Part shown: piece by piece, positions 27,735-39,262 of the stretch
Layout: every line of letters begins with the position of its first letter
Numbering within the stretch: the stretch's first letter is position 1
NCBI RefSeq assembly: GCF_001194135.2
Contig: NC_068984.1
Span: 55,532,585-55,595,648, forward strand
Length of the DNA: 63,064 bases
Source: Octopus bimaculoides
Lineage: Eukaryota
Reading direction: 5' to 3'
Notes under the pieces: generated by a model
What the model was told of the DNA's origin: nothing
The model's database searches: none
What the model saw: only the letters and a program-made list of their open reading frames with translations
Position numbers and translations under genes: made by a program

Positions 27735-28037
27735 GAAGGTGCGTGGCTTAGTGCTTAGGATATTTAGCTAACGATCGTAAGGCCGTGATTTCGATACCCA
27801 GCGGTGCGCTGTGGCACTTTACACTTTATTTCACGTTGCTCCAGTCAACTCATCTAGCAAAAATGAGCAGTACTAGTATTTCAAAGGGTCGGGTCTATCG
27901 CATTTTATGTCATGCTGAATCTCTCTGAGAACTGCACTAAGAGTACGCGTGTCTGTGGAGTGCTCACCTACTTGTTAATGTCAGGAGGAGCAGGCTATTA
28001 TACTGATTAGATCGAATGGAACACTCGTCGTCGTGCC
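27735..28037 (+). mobile_element. tRNA-derived SINE, family A
   Basis: gtggcttagtgcttagg...tttcgatacccagcgg head; gaatctctctgagaact...ggaacactcgtcgtcg tail. Confidence 0.8.
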
Positions 28038-28038
28038 A

Positions 28039-28083
<45 letters not shown>

Positions 28084-28323
28084 CTCTTACTGATTTGACT
28101 GGTTTCAGTCATCCAGTTATGGGACTGCCGCTATGTATATTGCAAGCTCACACTTGGTATTTGGTATCTATCTATCTTATCAGGGATTTGATTAGACGGA
28201 TATTTCAGGGCTATTTCTAGCTGAAAATCAACCGCGTAGAATCTCATATGTAGTTTCCAGCAATACCAGTTTTATCGAGCAGTTGACTGCTGCTGCTGCT
28301 GCTATTGTTGTTGTTATTGTTGT

Positions 28324-28368
<45 letters not shown>

Positions 28369-29080
28369 CAGCAGCAGTAGCAGAAGTACGGAAATGAAGA
28401 AGCTATTATGGTAGTATTAGAAGTAAAGGAGAAAATATTTGGAAGCAGTCCAGAACAAATAGCAATATATATAAATAGGTCACTTATTCTTTCTCAGTAT
28501 GGAGAAAAAAAGGCAAACAAGCTATTCTAGTATTTTCTTTTGTTGATGTTTTGGCTGGGAATATCAGTTTTTCGCAGGACGAATGTCGTCACTCATGAAT
28601 TATCTGTGGAGGTTCTGAGTCTGGTGACGGGAAAAAAAAGATACCCATGGGTTAACCATGGACTAAACATCGCCCATGGGATAACCATAAACTGGACTTC
28701 TGGTTTGACTGTTCAAACATAGATGACTCGACTCAGCTAAAAGCATTCAAATACCCAATGATTCTTTTTCCTTTTACGTATTCTGTAATTGAGTTGCAAC
28801 TCAGAATTGCTGTATAAGGTTATATGTGAAATTGTATATTCTAGTTTCTTTCTCGATTTCATAGAATTTATTGAGTCGAGGAAGACACTTGAGATGTTCG
28901 CTTCCATTAAGATTACCATTGTGATTAATGGTGAAATTGAAACAGTTCCAACTGAAAATCAAAATGCTGTAATGGATTACTGCGCTTAGAATTTATCATC
29001 ATAGAATCTCTCAAAGCAACGGATATTTTCGCAAATAAGCATACTTGCACGAACATACATATGACGTAAGCTGTGTATAA

Positions 29081-29085
29081 TCTAT

Positions 29086-29123
<38 letters not shown>

Positions 29124-29425
29124 ATGAGAATGTGTGTTTGTCTGTGTGTCTGTGTGTCTGTGTCTGTGTGAATCTCTAAAACTCAAGGACTGCACAACCA
29201 ATTTCATTGAAATTTTACACTTGTCTTACTTATGGTCCAGGTAGTGTCATGGGCCAAACAATTTCAACTTCATGCCTAATACGAGCCCAGAGCAATCTCT
29301 TATATCTTCCACTATTCCAGTATTATGTGTCAAAAGTGAAACAATAACATCTCTCTATTGTAATGCCTGATACTTTCACTTTAATACTTTCACTATTAAT
29401 ACTGAAACTATGAAAGTGAAAATAT
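29081..29425 (+). mobile_element. Probable Helitron/Helentron 5' end segment
   Basis: A|TCTATCTT(TA)nAAAGATGAGAATG followed by a (TGTC/TG)n run and ccaatttcattgaaattttacac. This resembles non-autonomous Helitron 5' ends (family resemblance from memory). Confidence 0.5.
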
Positions 29426-29427
29426 TA

Positions 29428-29822
29428 TCTCACATATATACAGGCATACATATATACATGCATACATATATATATATAATATTTTATGTACATATATATG
29501 TATACATCTGCACATATGTATATATATGGATCTATATGTATAGATGTATATATATAGTGGTATAGATGTATATATGTAGATGTAGGTGTATATATGTATA
29601 TATATAGATGTATATGTATAGATGTATATATATAGATGTATATATATAGTTCTATATATTTATATAGTATGTAGTTGTATATATGTATAGATGTATATAT
29701 ATAGATGTATACGTATAGATGTATGTATATACATGTATATATATAGTTATATATGTTTATATATGTATGTAAGTATGTATATATGTCTATATGCATGTAT
29801 GTATACATATGTATAAATATAC
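29428..29822. repeat. Complex TA-rich mini/microsatellite (TATAGATG-like units)
   Basis: Read directly from sequence. Confidence 0.9.
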
Positions 29823-29942
29823 AAGAATAAGGGCAGGGAATCGTCAATTAATAATAGAATTAATAATTAACAATTTTGCCAAGTAATTCAGTATGAAAAA
29901 ACCTTTATCGGTAAAACCATTTATCATCATAAATATACAGGA

Positions 29943-30226
29943 ATTAGCATTGAGTTGCTTCTCCAACATACTGAAAATTTAGAAATAGCAGTCAAAGAAC
30001 TACTGATTCTAAACTACAAATTTTTCTCTAAATGGATGGCGATATTTATGGCACACATAGAACAAAAAAAGACTTGTGTTGTTTATGCTTTCCCCTCCGG
30101 TCTTTGTTCTATGTGTGCCATAAATATCGCCATCCATTTAGAGAAAAATTTGTAGTTTAGAATCAGTAGTTCTTTGACTGCTATTTCTAAATTTTCAGTA
30201 TGTTGGAGAAGCAACTCAATGCTAAT
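29943..30226. repeat. Perfect 124-bp inverted repeat (arms 29943-30066 and 30103-30226; 36-nt spacer)
   Basis: Base-by-base reverse complement match. The ORF track shows the identical peptide LLQHTENLEIAVKELLILNYKFFSKWMAIFMAHIEQ on both strands. Confidence 0.97.
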
Positions 30227-30450
30227 CCGTGTATATTTATGTATAAATATATGTATGCATGTATATATGTGTACATATATGTATGTACATATATATGTAA
30301 TATGTACACATATATATACACAAATATACATGCATACATATCTTCATTCATATATATATGTATACATACATATATATACATACATATGCATACATTTATA
30401 CACACACACGCATGCGTACACACACACACACATATCAATATATATAGGTG

Positions 30451-30830
30451 CAGGTGCTGATGTGTGGTAAGAAACTTGGTTCCAAAGCACATGGACCTGC
30501 GTTCAGTCCCACTGTGTGGTAACTTGGCATGTGTCTTCCTTTATAGCCTCAGACCAACCAAAGCCGTGTGAGTGGATTTCGCAGACAGAAACTGAAAGAA
30601 ATCAATCGTATATATATGTATATATGCAAGAGGATGTATGTATCTTTATGTCAGTGTTTTTCCCTCTTTCTTCATCACTGCTTGACAACTGCTCTTCGTT
30701 TAATTACATCCTCATAACTTTCTGGTTTGACAAAAAGAGACTGATAGAATAAGTACCAGTCTTATAAAAATAAAAAAAAGAAGCACTGGAGTCAATTCAT
30801 TCGACAAAAAGTTCTTGAAGGCAGTGTCTC
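30451..30830 (+). mobile_element. tRNA-derived SINE, family C
   Basis: gtgtggtaagaaacttggttcc...gttcagtcccactg head; central TA-rich tract; gcttgacaact...gatagaataagtaccag tail. Confidence 0.8.
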
Positions 30831-31053
30831 ATATTTCTGTTTGCCCTCTCAATTGTATCTATCAATCTATCTTTCTGTGTGCATATATTTAATACATATG
30901 CATATACATATATGTATATGTTCATTTTCATACCTATTATATAAAAGTCAATGTCTTTATGTGTGTTCGTGTATTACTACTGCACCGATCCTAATGAAAT
31001 TTGGAACTCAAGCCTAAGGAGTAAGGTAATGATGTATGTTTCATACAATTTCA

Positions 31054-31620
31054 TGAATGGATCTTTATGATATTTACTGAATGGATCCTTGTGATATTTG
31101 GAACTTCAATTCAATACATAAGGGCGGGGTATAATGCAGTATGTTTGGTTTGAATTTGAGGTGGTTTAAAGAGGGGGGGCAGAACCCTCATGAAAATTCA
31201 TAAATTTCCGATGTTGATGAAATTTCAACCATTGATAATTGACACGCATCAAGAAGTATTCCCAAACTTTCCGCTTCTCATGAGGAATCTAACATCCCCT
31301 AATAGGGGCCTGGACTCCCAAATTTTAGTCATTTTTTTATTATCCAAAACTAGGTCAAAAGTACTGAATGGATCTTTATGAAATTTGGAAATTATATTCT
31401 ATGCATACAGACAGATGGAATACAGTATATCTTTGAAAGTGAAGGGCATAAATTAGGCCATAACCTTCATGAAAATTCAAATATTTTTGCTGTTGATGAA
31501 ATTTTAACCATACATATTACACACAAATGAAGCAATATTTCTAAATCTCAAATTCTTAGAAGTTAGTAACACCCCTTAATGGGGGCTTAACACCCACAAT
31601 TTAGTCATTTTCCCTAAGCC
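31054..31620 (+). repeat. Diverged tandem dimer with a 287-bp period (probably an internal repeat of a non-autonomous Helentron/HINE-like element)
   Basis: actgaatggatc at 31076 and 31363; both units share catgaaaattca...gttgatgaaatt..aacca and a CCCC-n-GGGG mini-hairpin followed by tttagtcatttt. Confidence 0.8.
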
Positions 31621-32234
31621 AAGACGAATAGAATTGTACTCTTGGAAGCTGTTGGGTCACCTAAGAATAAAAGATGGGCGCTATTTGTAATTGAGTGGTA
31701 CAACAGTGTAAGACTTCGCTTTGAGATATACTTAGATTGGGATTTTTGTAATGTGGTGCATAAATTGTCAAGTAAAGGAGAGGTATCTTTGCTTCCACTG
31801 ATTCACAAAGTTATTTGGTTGCATACCTACTTTAAGTCATTTTATTATCAGAGATAGTCCCCAGATGGTAACTTTGATTTCAGGCCTTCTCACGTAAGTG
31901 ACTGGTTATTCAAAGCGATTTTTAGATTGCAAATCTATTCTGTCCAGTTACCTATTGACATAGTGATCATTGGCTAACTTCAGAGGTGACACTTTCATTT
32001 CCCCTTATCCCTCACGTCACATGGTTGTTAATGTTTATTTGAGTTGGATGACGTCCTTCCAATTGCTATACATCCGTAATGCATCTTACGACTGTGCCCG
32101 TCACCTGTACGGTGAGAAATCCCACATTGGGGAGTGGTAACGAGTAGGGCAGAGTACCTGACAGCTTATTGTGTGATCATTCGTCTTTTGGTTTCCACTA
32201 GCTTTGCTCCCTACATGTGTGTGTGTGTGCTTAT

Positions 32235-32432
32235 GTGTGTTTGTGTGTCTGAGTTTGTCGCCCGACCATCACTTGACAACCGGTCTTGATGTATTTACGT
32301 CCCCATAACTTAGCGGTTCCACAAAATATAACGATAGAATAAGTACTACTCTTACAAAGAATAAGTCCTGGGGTCGATTTCTTCCACTAAAGGCGGTTCT
32401 CCAGCATGACCGCAGTCAGATGACTGAAACAT
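32235..32432 (+). mobile_element. 3' half of SINE family C
   Basis: cttgacaaccg...aacttagcggttc...gatagaataagtact...aataagtcctggggtcgat...aggcggttctccagcatg...atgactgaaaca. Confidence 0.85.
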
Positions 32433-32510
32433 ATGTATACCCACACACATACACAAACACGCACACACACACACACATACACAAACACGCACACACACAC
32501 ACATACATAC

Positions 32511-32564
<54 letters not shown>

Positions 32565-33129
32565 ATATGTACTTGAACTTGTGTGCGTGTGCGTCCAGAG
32601 ATTGAGAGTGAAAGATCTGGTGGGGAATATAAATCTTTTAAGTTAGATATTATCCTAAATACTACATCTGTTGACAATGTAAATTATTACTGACGTTGAT
32701 ATTTATTTTATTCCCCAATAGGAATATATAAAAGCTTATCTGGTATATACATACGAAAGGAATTTGAAAGAATATGTCTCGGCATTCTGATTTGGAATGC
32801 CTTAATACTTATGTTGATTTAGCGAGCAAGAAAGAATTTGCATAGCTGATTCCATGTATAGTAGCAATCCGACAATGTAGCAATATTTAAGACTTAGGTT
32901 TAACAAACCTTGTAGCCATTGTATGGAAGATATATTCCTGAATAATTTTCGTAGTTCTTATGAATATAACTGGCATGGAGTTTACTTGTAGATTTTCTAT
33001 ATTGTACAAACAATATATTTTTTTCATGCCTTTACTGTTAAGTTTGCAAATTGTAGGATTTCACACGTATTCGACAGTATCTTTTGCTGTCCTTTTGAAA
33101 ATGATCAGTCAACACAAGGTTTATACACG

Positions 33130-33161
<32 letters not shown>

Positions 33162-33324
33162 CATACATAAATGCATACATACCCACGCATACATGTATGC
33201 ATGCATACATATATACATACTTACACATACTTATATGCATACATGCATGCATAATTAGATACATACATACATACATATATACAAACATATATATACACTG
33301 TATATATATAGGTGTAGGTATGTA

Positions 33325-33377
<53 letters not shown>

Positions 33378-34342
33378 GCATATGTATGTTTATACGTACA
33401 TGTATATGTGTGTGTGTACATATATATGTGCATGTTTGTGTATATATGTATATGTATGGACGTGTATGTGTTTGTGTGTGTATATATGCATAGTTGTTTG
33501 TGGGGATGTGAGTTTGTATATGTAGAGATAGGTTCGGACATATATATGTATGTATGCTTATATGCACATGCTTATACAGATATATATGATAGACTATTTA
33601 AGAATCCATAGATTTTTAGATGTTTGCACACAAATGTATCTATAGTTGTGGAAATGGATACATACATGTGTGCACAGGTGGGAAGATTAGGGTTTGGGTT
33701 GGGGCCAGTATGGTTTTATATGGATATAATGGTGTACATACATGGATAAGGATGTGAATGTATATCTATTTTGTATTAGAATTAGTATTGGAGCATATGG
33801 GGATCTGTAGATATATTTATATGTTTTATGTATGATTGTTGGAGCTTGATAAGAATACCCCATCATTCTGGTTTTCCAATGGTATGTTACCCCTTACTCC
33901 TACTAGTGGTACTATATATTAGCCTAGCTCATGCATTAGGGATAATACACGCATGATTAGCTAATCATATATAAGAGCACTTAGCAATCAAATTTCGCCC
34001 TACAAATTGAGCAGAATAATAGCAATATGGAACACTATCCAATGGATTAAATTATAATTTTATTAATATAAACCTCTATGTACATTTGGGTAATTGAGTA
34101 TAATATAGTGTAATTTACTAATGCTAAACTGCCTAATACATCAGAATCCATAGATGTCTACACCCCATAACTGCCACATTTACCCGAATAAAACACCTCC
34201 TATTTGCATCTACATCTGATATTTCCTCTTCCCTTGAACCTAAATTGAATATTATCCAAATACAGAATCAATTAATTATTTAATTTATTAGCTGGAAATA
34301 TTCTGGGTACCCAATGTACACGGATTTACCGTTACATGTATA

Positions 34343-34386
<44 letters not shown>

Positions 34387-34499
34387 AGAGTAAACAAGAG
34401 AGACAGAAACAGGCAGAAACAAGGAAAATGCTCCTTGTATTTGAACACTATGCAAATATTCTTTTAAAAAACTTGTCATTTAATTTTTCCAAAATTTAA

Positions 34500-35331
34500 T
34501 TGTTTTCCATACTTAAAGATCCAGAAGCGGTAGTAAATAATTCAACAGAATTTCTCAATTTATCGGAGTCGCTGGGACTACCTCCCCGGAGATTGGAACT
34601 TGAAGTGGGAACTCCAGTAATGTTATTGAGGAATTTGGATCCACCAACACTCTGAAATGGGACACGCCTGGTGATAAAGAAGATGATGCTACATGCTGTT
34701 GAGGCCACCAGTCGCTCTGGCTATGGAAAAGGAGAGGGCATTTTTATATTCAGGATTCCTCTCATTCCATCGGGAGCAAAAATACCTCATTCATTCAGAA
34801 GAGTGCAATTTCTTATTCGTATCAGCTTTGCAATGTCTGTCAATAAATCCCAGGGTCAAACACTGTTTGTTGTAGGACTTCTCTTGGAAGTATCGTGCTT
34901 CTCACACGGGCAATTGTATGTTGGCTGCTCTAGAATGGAAAGCAAAAAAATATCTGCTTGCATTTCTTCTACAAGGGAAAGCAGGAATTATTATATCCTA
35001 CGATGCACTCCACTATCCACTGCTCTTTTTGAGTAGTGAGCATCGATACCATTTTAACATCACATTAATAAGCCCGAAGTCTGCACCGACAAAGCAGTTT
35101 CTTGCACGAACGCCCCCCCCCCAAATTTTCCATGACAGGTTAGGGCCTGGAATCCTCCAAACGGACGCATGGCATGTCACTTAGTCGAATTAGCCCATCA
35201 TGTACTCCACAAATATTTTGTCGCCAATGTTGCACTTTCTCGTATCACATGCGTCAACATAACTGTAATATATATATATATGTACAAACTATGCCATTTT
35301 AATCCCGAGCAACGCCGGGTATCTCTGCTAG
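34500..35331 (+). mobile_element. Helitron 3' portion: PIF1 helicase C-terminal fragment plus canonical 3' terminus
   Basis: TEFLNL...GLPPRRLELEVGTPVMLLRNLDPPTL*NGTRL, RIPLIP, RRVQFLIRISFAMSVNKSQGQTL, FSHGQLYVGCSR. The subterminal hairpin cccgagcaacgccggg (35304-35319) is followed by CTAG (35328-35331) and then T. Confidence 0.92.
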
Positions 35332-35339
35332 TTATTACT

Positions 35340-35500
35340 AAAGCGGTGAGGTGGCAGTATCAGCACGCCGGTGAGAGTGCTTAGCGGTTTTTCGTCCGTC
35401 TCTACATTCAAATTTTTATGGCCGCCGAGGTCGACTTTGCTTTTTATCCTTTCGGGGGTCGTTAAATTAAATACCAGTTGAGTACTGTGGTGGAAGTAAT
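35340..35500 (+). mobile_element. tRNA-derived SINE, family D
   Basis: gcggtgaggtggcagtatcagcacgccgg...gcttagcgg...gccgaggtcgactttgc...cctttcggggtcg...taccagttgagtactg. Confidence 0.8.
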
Positions 35501-36141
35501 CTACTATACCTCTCCCTCTGCCACCGGAATTTCACGCTTTGGGCCTATAGGAGAAAGTATTACAATTATTACTGCTATTTTTGTTGTTGTTGTGCCACAT
35601 ATTGTAAACATTGAACGAGGGTGCATTGTAATGGCCGCACTACTTTTTAGAAGTAACAAGGAGCCCTGTTTCACCATAAAATCTTCAAAATATTATACAA
35701 ATATATAATATATATTGCATTGCATATACTACGCCTGAAACTAAAAGGGAGCGGTCAAGGCGTGGTTGTCTTTAGTCACAGCAATGATTCATCAGACCTG
35801 ACCTGATGCTTAGCCAACAACCAAAACAACAACATCAGCAAAAATCGACAAAACAAGAAGAAAGATTGATAGTATATGAGAAAATTGAATTAATTCTCAC
35901 TTCGTTCTCTGAAATATGTTAAGAGATATTATCACTCCTAAATCTCTGCGTGTGACAAAACATCTTATACAATCTAGTGTCTCAACAAATAACTAAAGAT
36001 ATGTTTATTATATAAAGAAATTTTACGATGATTTTTTTTCCACTCTAGAACATTATCTGAAAGAAACGTGAAAATCTTGCAGATAAAGATAAACATTCTA
36101 TTCATATACATGTGTGTTTGTGTGCGTGTGTAAATAAATAA

Positions 36142-36181
<40 letters not shown>

Positions 36182-37510
36182 TATATATATGAACACAAAC
36201 ACTGACACATATGTGTGTGTGTGTGTATGTGTGTGTGTGTGTGTGTGCGCGTGTGTGTGTGCGTAATGTTTGTACCCATGAGCACAATGTCTTCCTCGAA
36301 ACCAAATCAATGAAAAATTATTTGGAAACCTCTGTGTATAGAATGCTCATGTGTTTGTGTGCGTGTTTGTGTGCATGTGTGTGTATGTGTGTGTAAGCAT
36401 ATATATTTATGTGCGTCTGTACACACACAAGCACGCACACATACATATACAGGTATGTGTGTGTTCATGCGTCCACGCAAGCGTATATATAAATATATAT
36501 ATATATATATATACATGGGCGCGGTTTCGTTAGACCACGTAGGGTAGAATGCATTAAATTATTTGTTGTAACAATCTGCATTCTTACTTCAAATTGCGCC
36601 TTCCATTCCATCTTCCATTCTGAGGTTGACAAATAACGTGCAATTCAATTGTGGCGGATTGTCAGAGAATCGAAGAAGTTGCCTATCACTTGCATATATT
36701 CTGATTTCACATCCTGCTTCCTATTGCCGAAATCCATTCAAAAGCGACGATAGACTTGCGACTTTTGTAAACAATTATCCGACTATTTTAGCCAAAAACT
36801 CTCATATGCCATACACCAGATAGCAGAAGAAAATGCAAGGAAACTTTCAACGGTGCCCTCTCGAAAAAGTGCTAAGCGTATGTGAGTCTGTGTGTGTAGG
36901 GGGGGGGGTACATACACATATGAGAATGCGTCTTCTCATTGTTTATGTGAGATTGTAGTTTGTCTATGTGCCTAATCAATTTTTAATCCCTTCTGCTGCT
37001 TTGCTTTCAACATGTGTTAAAATTTTATGCAAATGATTGTGCTCACTCTTGATACCAGAAGCTCATACATTTTTCTTTTATTTATATCATATCCGACTAA
37101 GCCGTGCACACTGTATATTAGATATTATATTTCGTATATTTTCCCAATATATCTGTTGTCTAGTCCAATAATTATATATCCATCAAAGTCAAAACTACAA
37201 CTTTCCAATAGAAACACATTATGTAACCTTATCACAGCAGGTTTATTTCTCTTGATTTTCTTCCACTAATGAACCCCTTTGTGTTTATACTACTGCACGC
37301 TTCCTGTATATCAAGTATCTATTATTGACTGTTCCAAAGCAATAACAATATTTTATAAATATCATTACTAACTACATATTCGATAGTAATATGATCTTAT
37401 CATAAGTTTGCCAGATACCGAAAAACAGCGTTATAGCGATTATTTACATTTGAAAATATTTTCTCATTCTCTTCCCAGTTTGTGTTTAAACACACACTAG
37501 CACACACACA

Positions 37511-37547
<37 letters not shown>

Positions 37548-37721
37548 CCAAACACACCGAAAAATACACAGACATTGTGTGACATACTGAGCTGTAGTAA
37601 GTATAAATCAGCCTACCAGGTGCTTATTCGATACATATTCCTCAAATTTGTCTTCTTTAAGGTTTATTATTTAATTATATAATCAGAGAAAGAAGGGCTG
37701 TACTCATATGACTTTTGAAAG

Positions 37722-38098
37722 TGTGTAAGATTAGTGCGACGATGGGCAGAGGTATCCTCTGGCCAGACAGTTGGTCTAAATACCTGCAAAGCTTCGATTC
37801 TTCCAATTGGATCCAATCACCAATTAGTGATTTTAGCATAAACAAGAGATTTAGTCCACCTCCTGGGAAAAGGATCTACACTTCGGAGGAATTTGCTCAA
37901 AATTTCCATTTACCAAATTTCATTCAAAACTTCTTCATCAACGGTGGGGTGGACTTTGGAAGAAGGAAGTTGCTCGATGTCCTGCAATGGGGTTCAATTG
38001 AGTTACGAAGCGATATTCTAAACCGTAAATCCATCGCCTCTGTATACACGTCATTGAAATATCCTCTGTACAACTCAGCTGTTGAGTCTGTAGACTGA
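37722..38098 (+). CDS. Candidate coding exon; longest non-repeat, non-TE ORF in the window (127 aa), with KR, GKR, GRR and RK sites
   Basis: GC-elevated island spanned by one open plus frame. Upstream in-frame TGA at 37709-37711, weak acceptor ttttgaaAG (37720-37721, phase 1), AATAAA at 38224-38229. No homology recognised. Confidence 0.35.
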
Positions 38099-38289
38099 AA
38101 CGATGCTAAATTTGAATACCTTAAATATTGAATGAGATTAATCGAAGTTCGTTAGTTTCAATAACAGAATAAGCAAGAACCGATTTCTTTTTCGGTTCTA
38201 CTAAAGGTTTAACTATACCAAAAAATAAAATCAGAAGTTATAGCCATATAAAAACATGCGTATGTAATCGTTGAAAAAATGATTTTCAT

Positions 38290-38632
38290 GCATAATTGAC
38301 AGTGTAGGCATAGTTGGCATAGGCTGAATGATCATGGGATTGCACCTACAAAGTTCCCCTCCGATGCACAAGTTTCGGTGAGGTTGGTTATAGATCACCC
38401 ATGCGTACCTGCCTGATATCTCCACGCCACTGATGTTGTTCAAGGGAAAGGCAAAAGCCAATTCAGGTTGAGATCAGTGACGTCGCAGCTCATTTCTATA
38501 GATGAGTAAACTGGAGGAACCTGAAATAATGTGTCTTGCTCAAGAATACAACACACAGCTCGGTCCGGGAATCGAACTCACTACTTCATGATAGTGAGCC
38601 CAGCGCTCTAACCACTGAACCATGCCCCTTCA
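38290..38632 (-). mobile_element. tRNA-derived SINE, family B
   Basis: Reverse complement head gggcatggttcagtggttagagcgctgggctcactatcatgaagtagtgagttcgattcccggacc with intact A and B boxes. Confidence 0.8.
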
Positions 38633-38994
38633 TATGCACAACTTATGGTTGAAAGTGAAATTTTCGTTTCGTGAAAATTACATGAAGTTATGAACGAAGA
38701 TATCTTTTCGATTCCATCTTGTCATTTACTTCCTAGTTATCTTATGAATCCACAGAACTTAGATTAGTAGATTAGGTGTCAATGTCTTTCGTAGATTTAC
38801 AAGAAACAACATCAAACAAACCCTCAAACTACATCCAACCGTTAAAAAAAAGTGTTTATAAGATTACGTATGCATACACATAACACAGGATGGCTATTTC
38901 TGTAACACCTTTGGCTTTAGTTTTATTCGATCAGTAATAATCATGAATTAAATAGCAATTACAACACGCAACACTTTTAAGTTATATACATACG

Positions 38995-39109
38995 TATATT
39001 CTGAATAAACTTTTCTGCTTTTTATGGGAAGGTAAACACACCTACACCGATTGTCAAGTGGTGGTGGGGGGACAAAAACAGGAGCACACACACACACACA
39101 CACACACAT

Positions 39110-39146
<37 letters not shown>

Positions 39147-39262
39147 CACAACAGGCTTCTTTCAGTAGAACCGACTTGCCCAATGTGCCACGCGGTGAGG
39201 CTGAATCTGGAACCATGTGGTTGGGAAACAAGCGTCTTACCACAAAGCCACGCAAGTTCCTG
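38995..39262 (-). mobile_element. tRNA-derived SINE, family C
   Basis: Reverse complement: gcgtggctttgtggtaagacgcttgtttcccaaccacatggttccagattcagcctcaccgcgtggcacattgggcaag, then a central (TG)n tract and cttgacaatcg. Confidence 0.85.

Noticed and set aside
37945-38005. TSP1-like WTLEEGSCSMSCNGVQ in an alternative plus frame
   Set aside because: The remaining conserved R and C residues are missing and the frame closes shortly after.
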